A stretch of 64,000 bases of DNA. It comes from Antedon mediterranea. Its lineage: Eukaryota; Animalia; Echinodermata. How positions within the stretch are numbered: the first letter of the stretch is position 1; every line of letters starts with the position of its first letter. The notes under the pieces were generated by a model. It was not told where the DNA came from. It saw nothing but the letters and a program-made list of their open reading frames with translations, and searched no databases. Positions 12,801-24,800 of this stretch are shown in pieces. Where the stretch lies: positions 13,826,001-13,890,000 of the forward strand of contig NC_092671.1 in assembly GCF_964355755.1 (NCBI RefSeq), read 5' to 3'. The translations under genes and the position numbers were made by a program.

Positions 12801-15800
12801 GACACCGAGTCTCTCATGCCGGGGTGAAGATAGAGTCTGTAAAGGAATGGCCAACACAAAACATCGTCCGGGACGTTCGCAGCGTCTTAGGATTGTCGTC
12901 CTATTATCAGAGGTTCATAAATGGATTCGCGTCCATAGCTGCCCCACTGCACAAATTGACAGACGATTTTCCTAGGACCCGGAGTGTCAGCAGGCCTTTC
13001 AAGAACTAAAGGACCGATTAATACAGGCACCAATTCTCGCTTACCCTCGCCCCCGAGGGACGTTTCGTTCTCAACACCAACGCGAGTGACGTTGGCATCG
13101 GCGTTGTATTATCCCAGGAACAGGACGGAGAAGAACACGTAATACGCAAGTCGGACTCTAAATAAGACTGAGAGGAACTATTGCGCTACACGCCGAGAAT
13201 TGCTGGCCGTAGTGACTTACCTCAAACACATCCGACAGTACCTGTATGGACAATCAATCACAGTACGCACGGACCACGCCCCCTGCGTTGGTTATTGAGT
13301 TTCAAAGAACCCGATGGACAGCTTACCCGGTGGCTCAAAGTGTTAGGAGAACATAATTTTAAGATCGTCCACCGTCCCGGATTAAAACATGGCAATGCAG
13401 ATGGGCTGTCCAGAAAACCGTGTGTGCAGTGCGGAATTGACAAAACGATGGCGAGGAAGAAAGACCTGGCCTGGAAGGCAGTAGAAGTGGAGATGGAAGA
13501 AGCGAGAGGAAGTTCCTCATTACGGTTAGTCCAATTTCAGCTGACGTGGAAGAGCGCAGACATCCGACGGTCCCAGACGACAGATGATGCCATTCGATGG
13601 CATGAGATTCCTAGAGAGAGGAGAACCCTGACCAAAGTTCGAAGAGATCGCCGGGTTGCCAGCTGATTATACGAACAGCAGAACTGGAACATGTTGGAAG
13701 TAAGAGATGATGTGTTATATCGCAGGTGGAATCCGACGATGGTAAAGAAATAACCTGGCGACTGATGCTTCCTGAAGCAATGAGGTTTACGGTTCTCGAA
13801 GAGCTCCATGGAGGAAAGACTGATGGACACTTAGGAGTGGCTAAAACGACAGGAAAATTGGCCCAACATTATTTCTGGCCGAAAATGGGTGCATGGGTCC
13901 GGAGTTGGATACGTAAATGCAACGGTTGCGCTCAGCGGAAGACACAACCAAGAAAGAAGGCCCCCCTCCAATAAGAACCCGTAGGAAACCATACGGAAAG
14001 GGTTGCTATGGACATATAAGGCCCACTGCCTGAGAACAACAGAGGTAACAAATACATTTTAGTCAAAGACGATAACTTTTCTAAATGGATAGAAGCATAC
14101 CCTAATCCCAACGAGAGGGCGGAAACCGTTGCGAGGTGTTTCGTGGACAATTTTGTTTTGCGATTCGGAGTTTCTTGACAGCTCCACACCGATCAGGGGA
14201 GGAACTTTGAGTCTAACCTAATCAAGGAGTTGTGTGAGATATTGGGAATAGACAAGATTCGGACGACGCCACATAACCTCAAATCAGATGGGATGATCGA
14301 GAGGTTCAACCGCACTTTGTTCAACATGGTGGCGATAATGATAGAAGCCCACTGTAACCAGAAAGACTGGGATGTTCATGTGTCGTATCGATCCACTCCG
14401 CATTCCTCGACGGAAGAGACACCAAATATGAGAGGTTTCCGTTCCTGTTGATTTGACAATGCCAATAATGAAGACGGAAAACAGAGAAATGAAGACCGAC
14501 TACGCAGAGCAGATGAGGGCAAGACTACAGGCGAAGCCATATGAGGGTGAGGAGATCACCCCCCCCCCCCATGGGGCATGGTACGAACAATAAGCAGCTA
14601 GCTTCTCTTGCAGTTTATGTTTTACCTAATGTTGCACCGAAAGAGGGCCGCGACACCACCAAGCCGGACCGGCACGGAGACTCGGGTGGTAGTCGTCACC
14701 GAGTACCCAAGCCAGGGCGAGCGACGCGTTGCAGGTGTCGTCGGGATCGGTCTCCTTGTTAGTGCCAAATGTGGCGAGGGAGGAAACCGTCGTGACCAAG
14801 GAGCAGCGACCAACGGGAAAACCCTGGAACCTGTTACAGCTGCTTCGAGGAGGTAGAGACGATGACGGGGAAGGAGAAGAGGAACCACCCGAGATGGTCG
14901 ACCTGGAAAAGCTCTTAATGGGGAAGGTAAAGAAGGTCCGTGAGGAGGTGAAGGTGGTCGAGTATGGGAAAAGTGGAAGGCCGAAAAGGGAGAAGACCAC
15001 AACAAGAACATATGTGTTGAAGTTGGAACATTTTTTAAGTTTAAGACTTGAATTTTGTTTTGTTTTGTTTTTATTGTTGTTTGTTTTGGACTATTATCGG
15101 GGACCGATCATTTTAGGGAGGGAATGATGTAATGATTTTGGGGAGAAAAGATAGAGGGCGGGAGATGAACAGGCAGAGTTGGAAAAGAGGAGAAGCAGAG
15201 AAAAGACGTGTACTAAAAAGGAGAGACATTAGAGAGATAGGAAAACAAAGTGTTCAAGAGAAAACTAGACTTAAGTAATAAAAGAGAGAATTATAAAAAC
15301 AGTAAGTAGTAAGTGCCATTTATTTCGTTGTTTTTTGTTACACAAAAGAAGAAAATAAATACAGTTTAGCCAGTTAAGTGGTTACGCCTACTGGTTGTAA
15401 TACAGTTTAGCCAGGGGTTACGCCTACTGGTAGTGATACTTTTTAGCCATGGATTACGCCTACTGGTAGTGATACTTTTTAGCCAGAGGTTACGCATACT
15501 GGTAGTGATAATTTTTAGCCAGGGGTTACGCATACTGGTAGTGATACTTTTTAGCCAGAGGTTACGCATACTGGTAGTGATACTTTTTAGCCAGGGGTTA
15601 CGCATACTGGTAGTGATACTTTTTAGCCAGAGGTTACGCATACTGGTAGTGATACTTTTTAGCCAGAGGTTACGCATACTGGTAGTGATACTTTTTAGCG
15701 AGAGGTTACGCATACTATTTGAGATACAGTTTAGTCAGTGGTTACGCCTAATGGTTGTGATACTGTTTAGCCAGTGGTTACGCCTATACTGTTTGAGATA

Positions 15801-18800
15801 CAGTTTAGCCAGGGGTTACGCCTACTGGTTGTGATACTGTTTAGCCAATGGTTACGCCTACTGTTTGAGATACAGTTTGAGATACAGTTTAGCCAGTGGT
15901 TACACCTACTGGTTGTGATACTGTTTAGCCAGTGGTTACGCCTACTGTTTGAGATACAGTTTAGCCAGGGGTTACGCCTACTGGTTGTGATACTGTTTAG
16001 CCAGTGGTTACGCCTACTGTTTGAGATACAGTTTAGCCAGTGGTTACACCTACTGGTTGTGATACTGTTTAGCCAGTGGTTACGCCTACTGTTTGAGATA
16101 CAGTTTAGCCAGTGGTTACGCCTACTGGTTGTGATACCATACTATTGTGAGGGCGTGTGGCGCTGTGTGTTGGACGTTCGACTACTGATCGTTAGACCAA
16201 GGTTCGAATCCAACTCTCGCCGCATTGCTTGTATCATCCTTAGGCAAGATACTTTACTTACGTTTGCCTCTCTCCACCCAGGTGTATAATTGGGAACGAG
16301 TGTTGACAAAGTGCGAGGCAGCGAGGCACGCGAGGCATGTCAAATATTTGTGCGAGGCATCATTTTATCATTTCCAAAAGTGCGAGGCATGCGAGGCATA
16401 TAGTTTACAATTTCAAAAAGGTGCGAGGCATATCTTAACGTGCTATTATGCTATATTATAGGCCTAATAATCAATCGATACAAGCGTATCTAAATAGATT
16501 CGTGTATACACTCATCATGTTGTTTATTTTTATGTAACGATTGTTTTTTCATTCAAGTCATATCGTGTCAAATTTTACTTTTACAAAAGTGCCCAAACTA
16601 CGGTTCAAAAATCTGAACGACAGTCTTCAACTTTCGATAAACAATAATTGTTATAGCGACACACTCATCAAATGACTGCAATGTTTGTTGGCATTTCGAG
16701 CGTGTTCACTCACATGTCTCTCGAACATAGCAGAGTGAAAATAATATTTTGTCACACCCCTGCGCCTAGATCCAGTAGACCCGAGAGATGGAAAATCCCT
16801 CTTTACTATTTAGCAGGTAGCGGAATGATTCAGCCCTCAGCTCAGAGGATTGTGGTGCATTCCCCTCCTATAGCACGTGGTTTCAGCAGCAACGCACAGA
16901 CTTCTCTCTGAGCGGCGTGCCAAAGACATTTTTGACATTCCATTCTCTAGGAACAACACGTGTACCTCTCTCGCAAATAAGGTGAACAGCGATTGCCAGG
17001 ACAAGTTCAATAACTGGCGGTGAATAAAAGGTAACTGATATGCCGATCCAATAACATGCCGCAAAGAAAAAAATTGCGACAGAATTCTGGAGCGCGTGTG
17101 AAAAAAGACTTACGTCCGACAATTGTAATACTAGGCCTATTAAACTTTAGCTAATATGCTTAGCCCTAACCTAGATAAGAGGCCTATGTAGAAAATAATT
17201 TAATCAATTTTGATATCTATATATAAATTATGGTTAATTCTGACATAGGCGAGCACAATGCAAAAACTTCTCTACAAATCTCCGCCTTGGATACCTACCT
17301 TATCTATCCGAGATGTACCGCGAAACGTAGATTTGATAACATTAGTGTGCACGCCGACGCTATTGTTCCATATTTATATCTTAGGAAGATATTATAAAGA
17401 GTTTTTTAACAACATTTATGATTTCAACATTGGATTTTCCTCTCAATTTCAATTCTTCCCGGTCAAAGTAATTTCCGGGTTTAAGATAATTTCACCTTAG
17501 TTTCAAATATTTTCTCTCTTTTATACACAAGGGAGCAGTTAAAATAATAGATTTGACCCTAAAGGTGACTGGAAACAGGCACTTCGCATCAATCAATACA
17601 GTGTCCCTTTGGAAGACGAAAAAAAAATTGGCCATTAATCATAGCCATTTCAGTTTTTTGTTTATTTTAAAACATACCACACGTGTGTGAAGGTACAGTA
17701 GTTAAATAACAGGAATTATACTGCAAATTAATAAAGATCAAATTAAATATACGCCATAAAGAATCAGAATATATTGTGGGGAATAGTATTATAAAATTAC
17801 ATAGGGAGATTTGATAAGACATTTTTCGAGTGAAATCCCGATAGCTGAGTTTTATTGAGTAAGCTTGCAGGAATAACTGTAGGCTATCTTCCTGTGTCCC
17901 GTTAGGACCGAGATGTCTGCCCATGTTGCAAGCCGTAATGTCTTCTTTCTTGGGCCCACTCTGTCACGGCAGTTAGTTTCAAAAGATGATTAAATTAAAT
18001 AATGTATTAATAATTATTAGGATGGTATTCATTTGAATAAACGCCTCTCCAATAAAACATCACTTTGAATAATAACCCCCCCCCCCCCCCCCCACAACCC
18101 AACTATCTAATAAACGTCCATCCACATATTTATAATAACACAATTAAATACTATTTGTAGTAGAATTCACCGCACTGTTATCTGCAATTTACCAAGCATT
18201 TGTTATTCTTTTTTACCACTTTTCATATCTATGAGAGGATTTCATTTGATTATAAATGTTACCATATTATTAGAACTAAAAAATTTAACATATATCCCTA
18301 GAATAAGCACCTCCCTCAAATGACCTCCGCCTCCCCAAAGGGCCCTACCAAACAATAAAAACTATACTTTAAAATGTTATTAATCATCTAAAACACTGTG
18401 AAACAAAGTAGTTAAGTTTTACGAATGTCAAGCATTTTCAATAATGGTAACCGACAGAAAATGTGTATAAGGAGAACATTATCATTCCGAGAACCATCGT
18501 CTACACTTCCTAGAGGGGGAGCGAGCGAAGCGAGCTCACCCTCTAGTAATAATAATTGGTGTAATATTTAATAATGATACACTATTCCTGTTTTAGTAAG
18601 CTAGGTATATTACGAACGATTTTTATTTATTGTTGTCCATGTACGTACTAATAAACCTGGCGCTAGTTTCCTTCGCTTGTATTTTTACTCCAAATTTGAT
18701 AACTAACTTTATCGTGTGAATACCACACCTTAGAAGTATACCTCATGAGTACTTTAATGAAAGAATCACATAAAAAGTAACAAATAAATCCTTAAATTAA

Positions 18801-21800
18801 TGATTTTACAGGCGTGTTTCTCGCACACTGTTCGCGAATTTCACTTATTCAATGTTCAATATTTTTGTTTCTATGGAGCGCCAAAAGAGCAACGATAATA
18901 GAGGACTAAAACTCAGTGGAATGCGTCAATTTCTCATGCATTTATTGGTGAAAAACACGTTTTATTTCAATATATTTGTTGAATTTGTCAATAAAAATGC
19001 TGTAATATGTTACTGCTGATACTGTTCTGTTTTCAAAGAATAATAATCGATCCTAAATCAACATCACTACCTAGTCTAGACCTAGGACATCCTACTAAGG
19101 ATATTATGATGAATTTTTCTATTTTATTCTTTAAAAGGTTACCGAAACCGTGTACATTATCAACAGTACACCGGTGAACAGGGGTGTGTAGAAAGCGACG
19201 ACCTCGAATTGGACGACCCCAACGACCCGGGCGACCTCGAATTGAACGACCTCGAATTGAACGACCCATAACACGAAATCGACGACCCCTATAGCCTAGC
19301 CTAGCCTAGGCCTAAGTGTGGTATAACATCCCGAAGCCGAACATAGCCAAAGATCTTTAAACTATACCTGGATCAACTGCCGTTTTGGCTCCGGAGTTTT
19401 TTTTAGGGTTATTCCATTATTAAAGTGGGGTGTGTGGTTTTGAATATTGTGTGCAGGTACGTCAATAGAAATGACATTGAGACCCCTCTTCTGTCAGCAG
19501 TTGACTGGTTCCCGGTCTACCGCCTTGTAATTGACTTAATCATGATCGAATTCCAACAACTTAAGAATATACAAAATGTTTACATAATTATATAACAATG
19601 TAGATCTATCTAATAATGTTTTTATTTTTTCGCAGATAAAGGAGGATCATCAATAAAATAATTCCAGGCATTTAATATACGGTTTACTGATAAAATATAA
19701 TGTACCAATGAAATAAACCTGGTGTTCTGAAACATAACTTTTGCCGGCCTAGCGCCTTCGTGTATCTAAATCTATCTAAATAATTAAGTTAGTACAGTAT
19801 TAACAAATAAAGGGTTAGGGTTATGTATAATAAAATGATAGAAATGAGGTATTATCTAATAATGTTTTTATTGATTTTTTTTCCAGATTTTTATAGTTTT
19901 AAAATTCAAGTACCGTTTTTATAGCGTTATGTATCCTGTAAATGCTAACCTAAAAACGTTATCTGAATGTTTCTTTTTACGTTATAGAAATGTAATAAAA
20001 TAACGGTTATTAGTGAACCTAAACATTAACCAAACACTAACATTAGAAAACCACTATGTGTTTGCTGGACTGCCACAATGGAACAATAGACCTAGGTATG
20101 TTAAACAAAGAAATCACATCAAAGCAGGGTGGAGACGGAATTTTAAGACAAAGGCGTTCTATACAAATGCAAATCATTCATGTATACTTGTTACAAATTT
20201 TGTTTAGTTTCTTTATTAAAAGATTTTGATATGCTGTTATATATAAATATTCTAATACATAGAATAGCAAAATTATCATAATACATAGGATAGCAAAAAA
20301 TAAACCAAACATAACAACAACAAAATTAAATTGACAATGTATTTTTATTTAGAAATTCATTTCAATAATATAAATATTTTTTATTAAATTACATCATTAT
20401 TTACTTACAATTAATTAATTAATTAACTTACATTACAGTAACTGAATAAATGGTACATAAAATTACTAAATAATTGCACATAAAATGCAGGTTATAATAA
20501 AGACATAAGTATACATATAATGGTACAGGTTATAAATATTTAAATTACGCTTTTTAAATGTAATTATAATAATTAATGATGAGAACACTTACGGTTACGA
20601 GTAGACATGTACATTGGTACATTACAGTACGAGCAATCCTTGGCAGTTGGATAAAAACCCCTTCGTTGGAAAAAGTCCAGATAGTCATCAAATCCATTAA
20701 ACAAATGTGGTCCTATCTTCGGCAGCATGGTCCTTGGTTTAAATCGCAGTAAAATCAAATCGAGAACGCAGTAAAATATCGGAGTTGTATAATATAGTTG
20801 AACATTTTTCGAAAAATGAGTGATTTGAAGACAACTGATCTTGGTTTATATACATGTGCCATATTTTAGTTTGTATACATAGCTCCATGTCGGCATGAGT
20901 GATATTGTTATAATATGCTTTATTATGTAATATTGTAAGCTTCAATGAGACACCTTTGTGCAGCGATAAAAAAAAAGTAAAACTATGCTACAGCGGTTTT
21001 TGTTTCTTCACCTGATTACATATATTTTATTAATATTTATTCTTCCCAACCATTTTTTTTTAAACTCAAAATTTGAAACACTACCGTTTAGCTTTTTCAT
21101 TCAAATTGAAGATTGAATTTAATGAAATTTTATGTACTGTACTGTTTAACAAATCAACATAACGGTACAATAGGTTATGATTATTTCAAACCAAAATAGC
21201 TAGGTTTTTAAGGACTGATTTATCTTTAAAAAAACGCCTAGAAATAAAAGAGAGAGAGAGAATAGCAATTACGTGTTGGAATAATACAGTAGTAACGGTA
21301 CAATATATAATCATTTTGGTAAAGAAAATCGAATACTAGGTTTTTTAAGGTCTGATTAAACCCAAGTGTGACGTCGTCTGGAAGCAGGAATTTAATATTC
21401 ATAATTAGGTGATCATTTAGAATAAAAATGATCACCTATTGTTATTGTATCAAATCTTTATTGGTTATCCGCAACGAAGTTGCTGATAACCTCTTGTGAT
21501 TGTACGAAATCATCATCAACATCAACTTTTTATTTCTCTTCTTTCTTTCTGTATGATTTTTGTGCAACGCTTTTCTCTGAAACTTGCAAACATAACATTT
21601 TGTGAACTATGTTAACATTTTTACATTTATGTAACGTCGTCAAGCGAAGCTTATATTAATTCATATAAAAATTAAGCCTATCGGATGTTGTGACGTTACC
21701 GTATGGCCAGTTGAAGTTAAAAAGTATTTTTTTCATCGCTTTCGTAAAAGTTATACAATTTTTAAATAGCGCGCACCGCCCTTCTACGTGCCAAATTTTC

Positions 21801-24800
21801 TTCCAATTGTTATATTTTATTACTCAATTCATTATCTTTCGATATTGTTATCTTCAAGTTTATTTTGACAACGTCATCATACCAAAAAATTTGAACATGA
21901 TGTGGGTCCCGTAATTTCACCTATGCTACACTGTATATAGATATACACAGTACAGTATATACTGTACATATTGTATATGGCATATAATAGGCACAACTCA
22001 GCACTATAAGCGTATAATAGGATGGCATACATCAACATTTTCCGATTGTATGTTAACGTAGGTGCATGTTTAAAAAATATGAATGTCAATAAAATGATAA
22101 AAATGATCACCTATAATTCGTCAAAGTGACGAATTAAATTCTAGTTACAAGTTGTACTTGGATATCAAACTGTCTATTTGGTCGTCTTGAGCCTCAAGAG
22201 AATAGCAACTATGTATGAGCTGTAATAAACAGTAAGTACAGTATAGAAATCATATATCGACTAGCATTAAAATTACAAGTGGGAGTCTGTAGTACAGTGA
22301 ACAATTTCATTTCAAAATTTTAGCAAAATTGCTAATCAAACTGATTTAGTCGAGAAACATAGTTTTGTATTGTATTTTTGCTACACAATTTTCGAAATGT
22401 GTAGCAATAAGGTTGTTTTGTATAGCTTTTTGCTATGCCACACTGGCGAAATTATTCCTTGTAGTAGATAAAAGAGACGTTCAAAACAGGTTAAAAAAGA
22501 AAATCATAGTACGGTTATTATTGTACAGTATATTAATTAAACAAGCTGAACATTTTATATAGTGATTTAATACGCAAATAATGTTTCTACATTTTTTTTA
22601 CTGCAGAGTTTACGTGAATTTCTGTCAGCATTGATCATGTTGTATTCCACCACCAGATTTGCATTTGTATAGAACGCCTTTGTCTTAAAATTCCGTCTCC
22701 ACCCTGCTTTGACGTGATTTCTTTGTTTAACATACCTAGGTCTATTGTTCTATTGTGGCAGTCCAGCAATCACATAGTGGTTTTCTAACGTTAGTGTTTG
22801 GTTAATGTTTAGGTTCACTAATAACCGTTATTTTATTACATTTCTATAACGTAAAAAGAAACATTCAGATAACGTATTTAGGTTAGCATTTACAGGATAC
22901 ATAACGCTATAAAAACGGTACTTGAATTTTAAAACTATAAAAATCTGAAAAAAAAATAAATAAAAACATTATTAGATAATGCCTCATTTCTATCATTTTA
23001 TTATACATAACCCTAACCCTTTATTTGTTAATACTGTACTAACTTAATTATTTAGATAGATTTAGATACACAAAGGCGCTAGGCCGGCAAAAGTTATTAA
23101 AATATGTTTCAGAACACCAGGTTTATTTCATTGGTACATTATATTTTATCAGTAAACCGTATATTAAATGCCTGGAATTTTTATCATTTTATTTTATTGA
23201 TGATCCTCCTTTATCTGCAAAAAAGTAAAAACATTATTAGATAGGTCTACATTGTTATATAATTATGTAAACATTTTGTATATTCTTAAGTTATTGGAAT
23301 TCGATCATGATTAAGTCAATTACAAGGCGGTAGACCGGGAACCAGTCAACTGACAGAAGAGGGCTCTCAATGTCATTTCTATTGACGTACCTGCACACAA
23401 TATTCATAACCACACACCCCCACTTTAATAATGGAATAACCCTAAAAAAAACTCCGGAGCCAAAACGGCAGTTGATCCACGAAAAGATATGGAACGCCAA
23501 GAGTGCATCATTAAAACTGCATTCGACATATTAAAAATAAATTAAAAAGAAATAAATATTATACAATACATGGTTAAACCATGGACGTATAATTACATCT
23601 CGTCTTCTTATAACGAACACTATAGGCCTACCAAGCAGCGTAACATGTGCATTGGGGGATATGACCGGTTGGGCCGCCGACAAGTTGAGCCGCCGGTAAT
23701 TTCTATGAAATGGCCAGTGCGTCTTTTACGACATTTCGCGTAGTGATAGAGTGGTGTCCTAGTAGGCCCTACATAAGTTCATGGTCTTTAGGTTTATTGT
23801 GTCATGAAAATAAATAATAATTACATACTACAATTTTGTTGGTTTGAAACAGCAAAGGAAAGTAGTCATATTTAATAATTTAATTGTTTTTAATCTTTCA
23901 AGGTAAAAATGCAGTGCACTCCATAATATTTTCTCGCGTGTATGCCTACACGTAAAATCACGTTGTCTCTCAGGACTAATAGAGTATTGATATTCTTCGA
24001 ATGAGGTTAAATAATAATTATTTTTTATTTACTATCTTTTATTATCATATTTTATTGAATTTTACAATGTTAATACACAAAATATTTTACAAAAAAACGG
24101 TGATTTTATGCAATTATTTTACTTCAACTGCCGCCTGAGGGGGCAACATGTTTACGTCATTTTTGGCTAAAAACGATCATTTTGTTTTAGGCCTTATATT
24201 TTGGAATATACAAGTCAGATATTCATAATTATTTCTCTTTAATTATATTATTTAATAATATATACTAAAAACCGTGATATATAAACTTTGGAATATACAT
24301 CGTTATATCTAATAATTAATATAAATAGAACTTCTATTAAATAGAAACGAGCACCGGCGAAAGTAAGCATTTGGCGTTTCATAGAAAATAACGTTTTTCT
24401 GGCGGCGCCTCAACTTGTCGGCGGCTCAACTTGGCCTAATCCTGCATGGGGAGGGCCATAAGAAAGCTTTACATTTCACACATGCATTGTATACGGTCAA
24501 ACCATGGAGGTATAAAAATATTTTTACCAAACCATGGAGCTGGTCAAACCATGGAGGTAAAATATACCTCCATGGTCAAACCTTACCTGCCGCTGAAAAA
24601 GGGGCCTGGTTTGCCATGTTTATGATATTTCGTGTGCTAATCGAGTCGAATGCAGTTTTAATGATGCACTCTTGGCGTTCCATATCTGTTCGTTTGTTCG
24701 TGTCGACACATTCAGTATCAAATGGCGATATTTCTGTATTTTTTCAATCAATTGCTTGCTTGAATTGCGAGTATTATATAAGGTATGGTTTAAAGATCTT

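Noticed and set aside
14729-15127. env-like or chromodomain ORF at the end of the Gypsy element
   Set aside because: Low-complexity integrase tail and 3' UTR; no recognisable motif.
15361-16137. 36-bp repeats as a CRISPR array
   Set aside because: Head-to-tail repeats with no unique spacers, no cas genes, inside a eukaryotic LTR.
16151-16221. tRNA gene (also ~63855-63925)
   Set aside because: No complete cloverleaf; these are SINE heads (the first is followed by a SINE body and tail).
15366-16289. Hydrophobic repeat ORFs on both strands (also 9734-10030)
   Set aside because: Translations of 36-bp and 18-bp minisatellites; frames break at unit indels.
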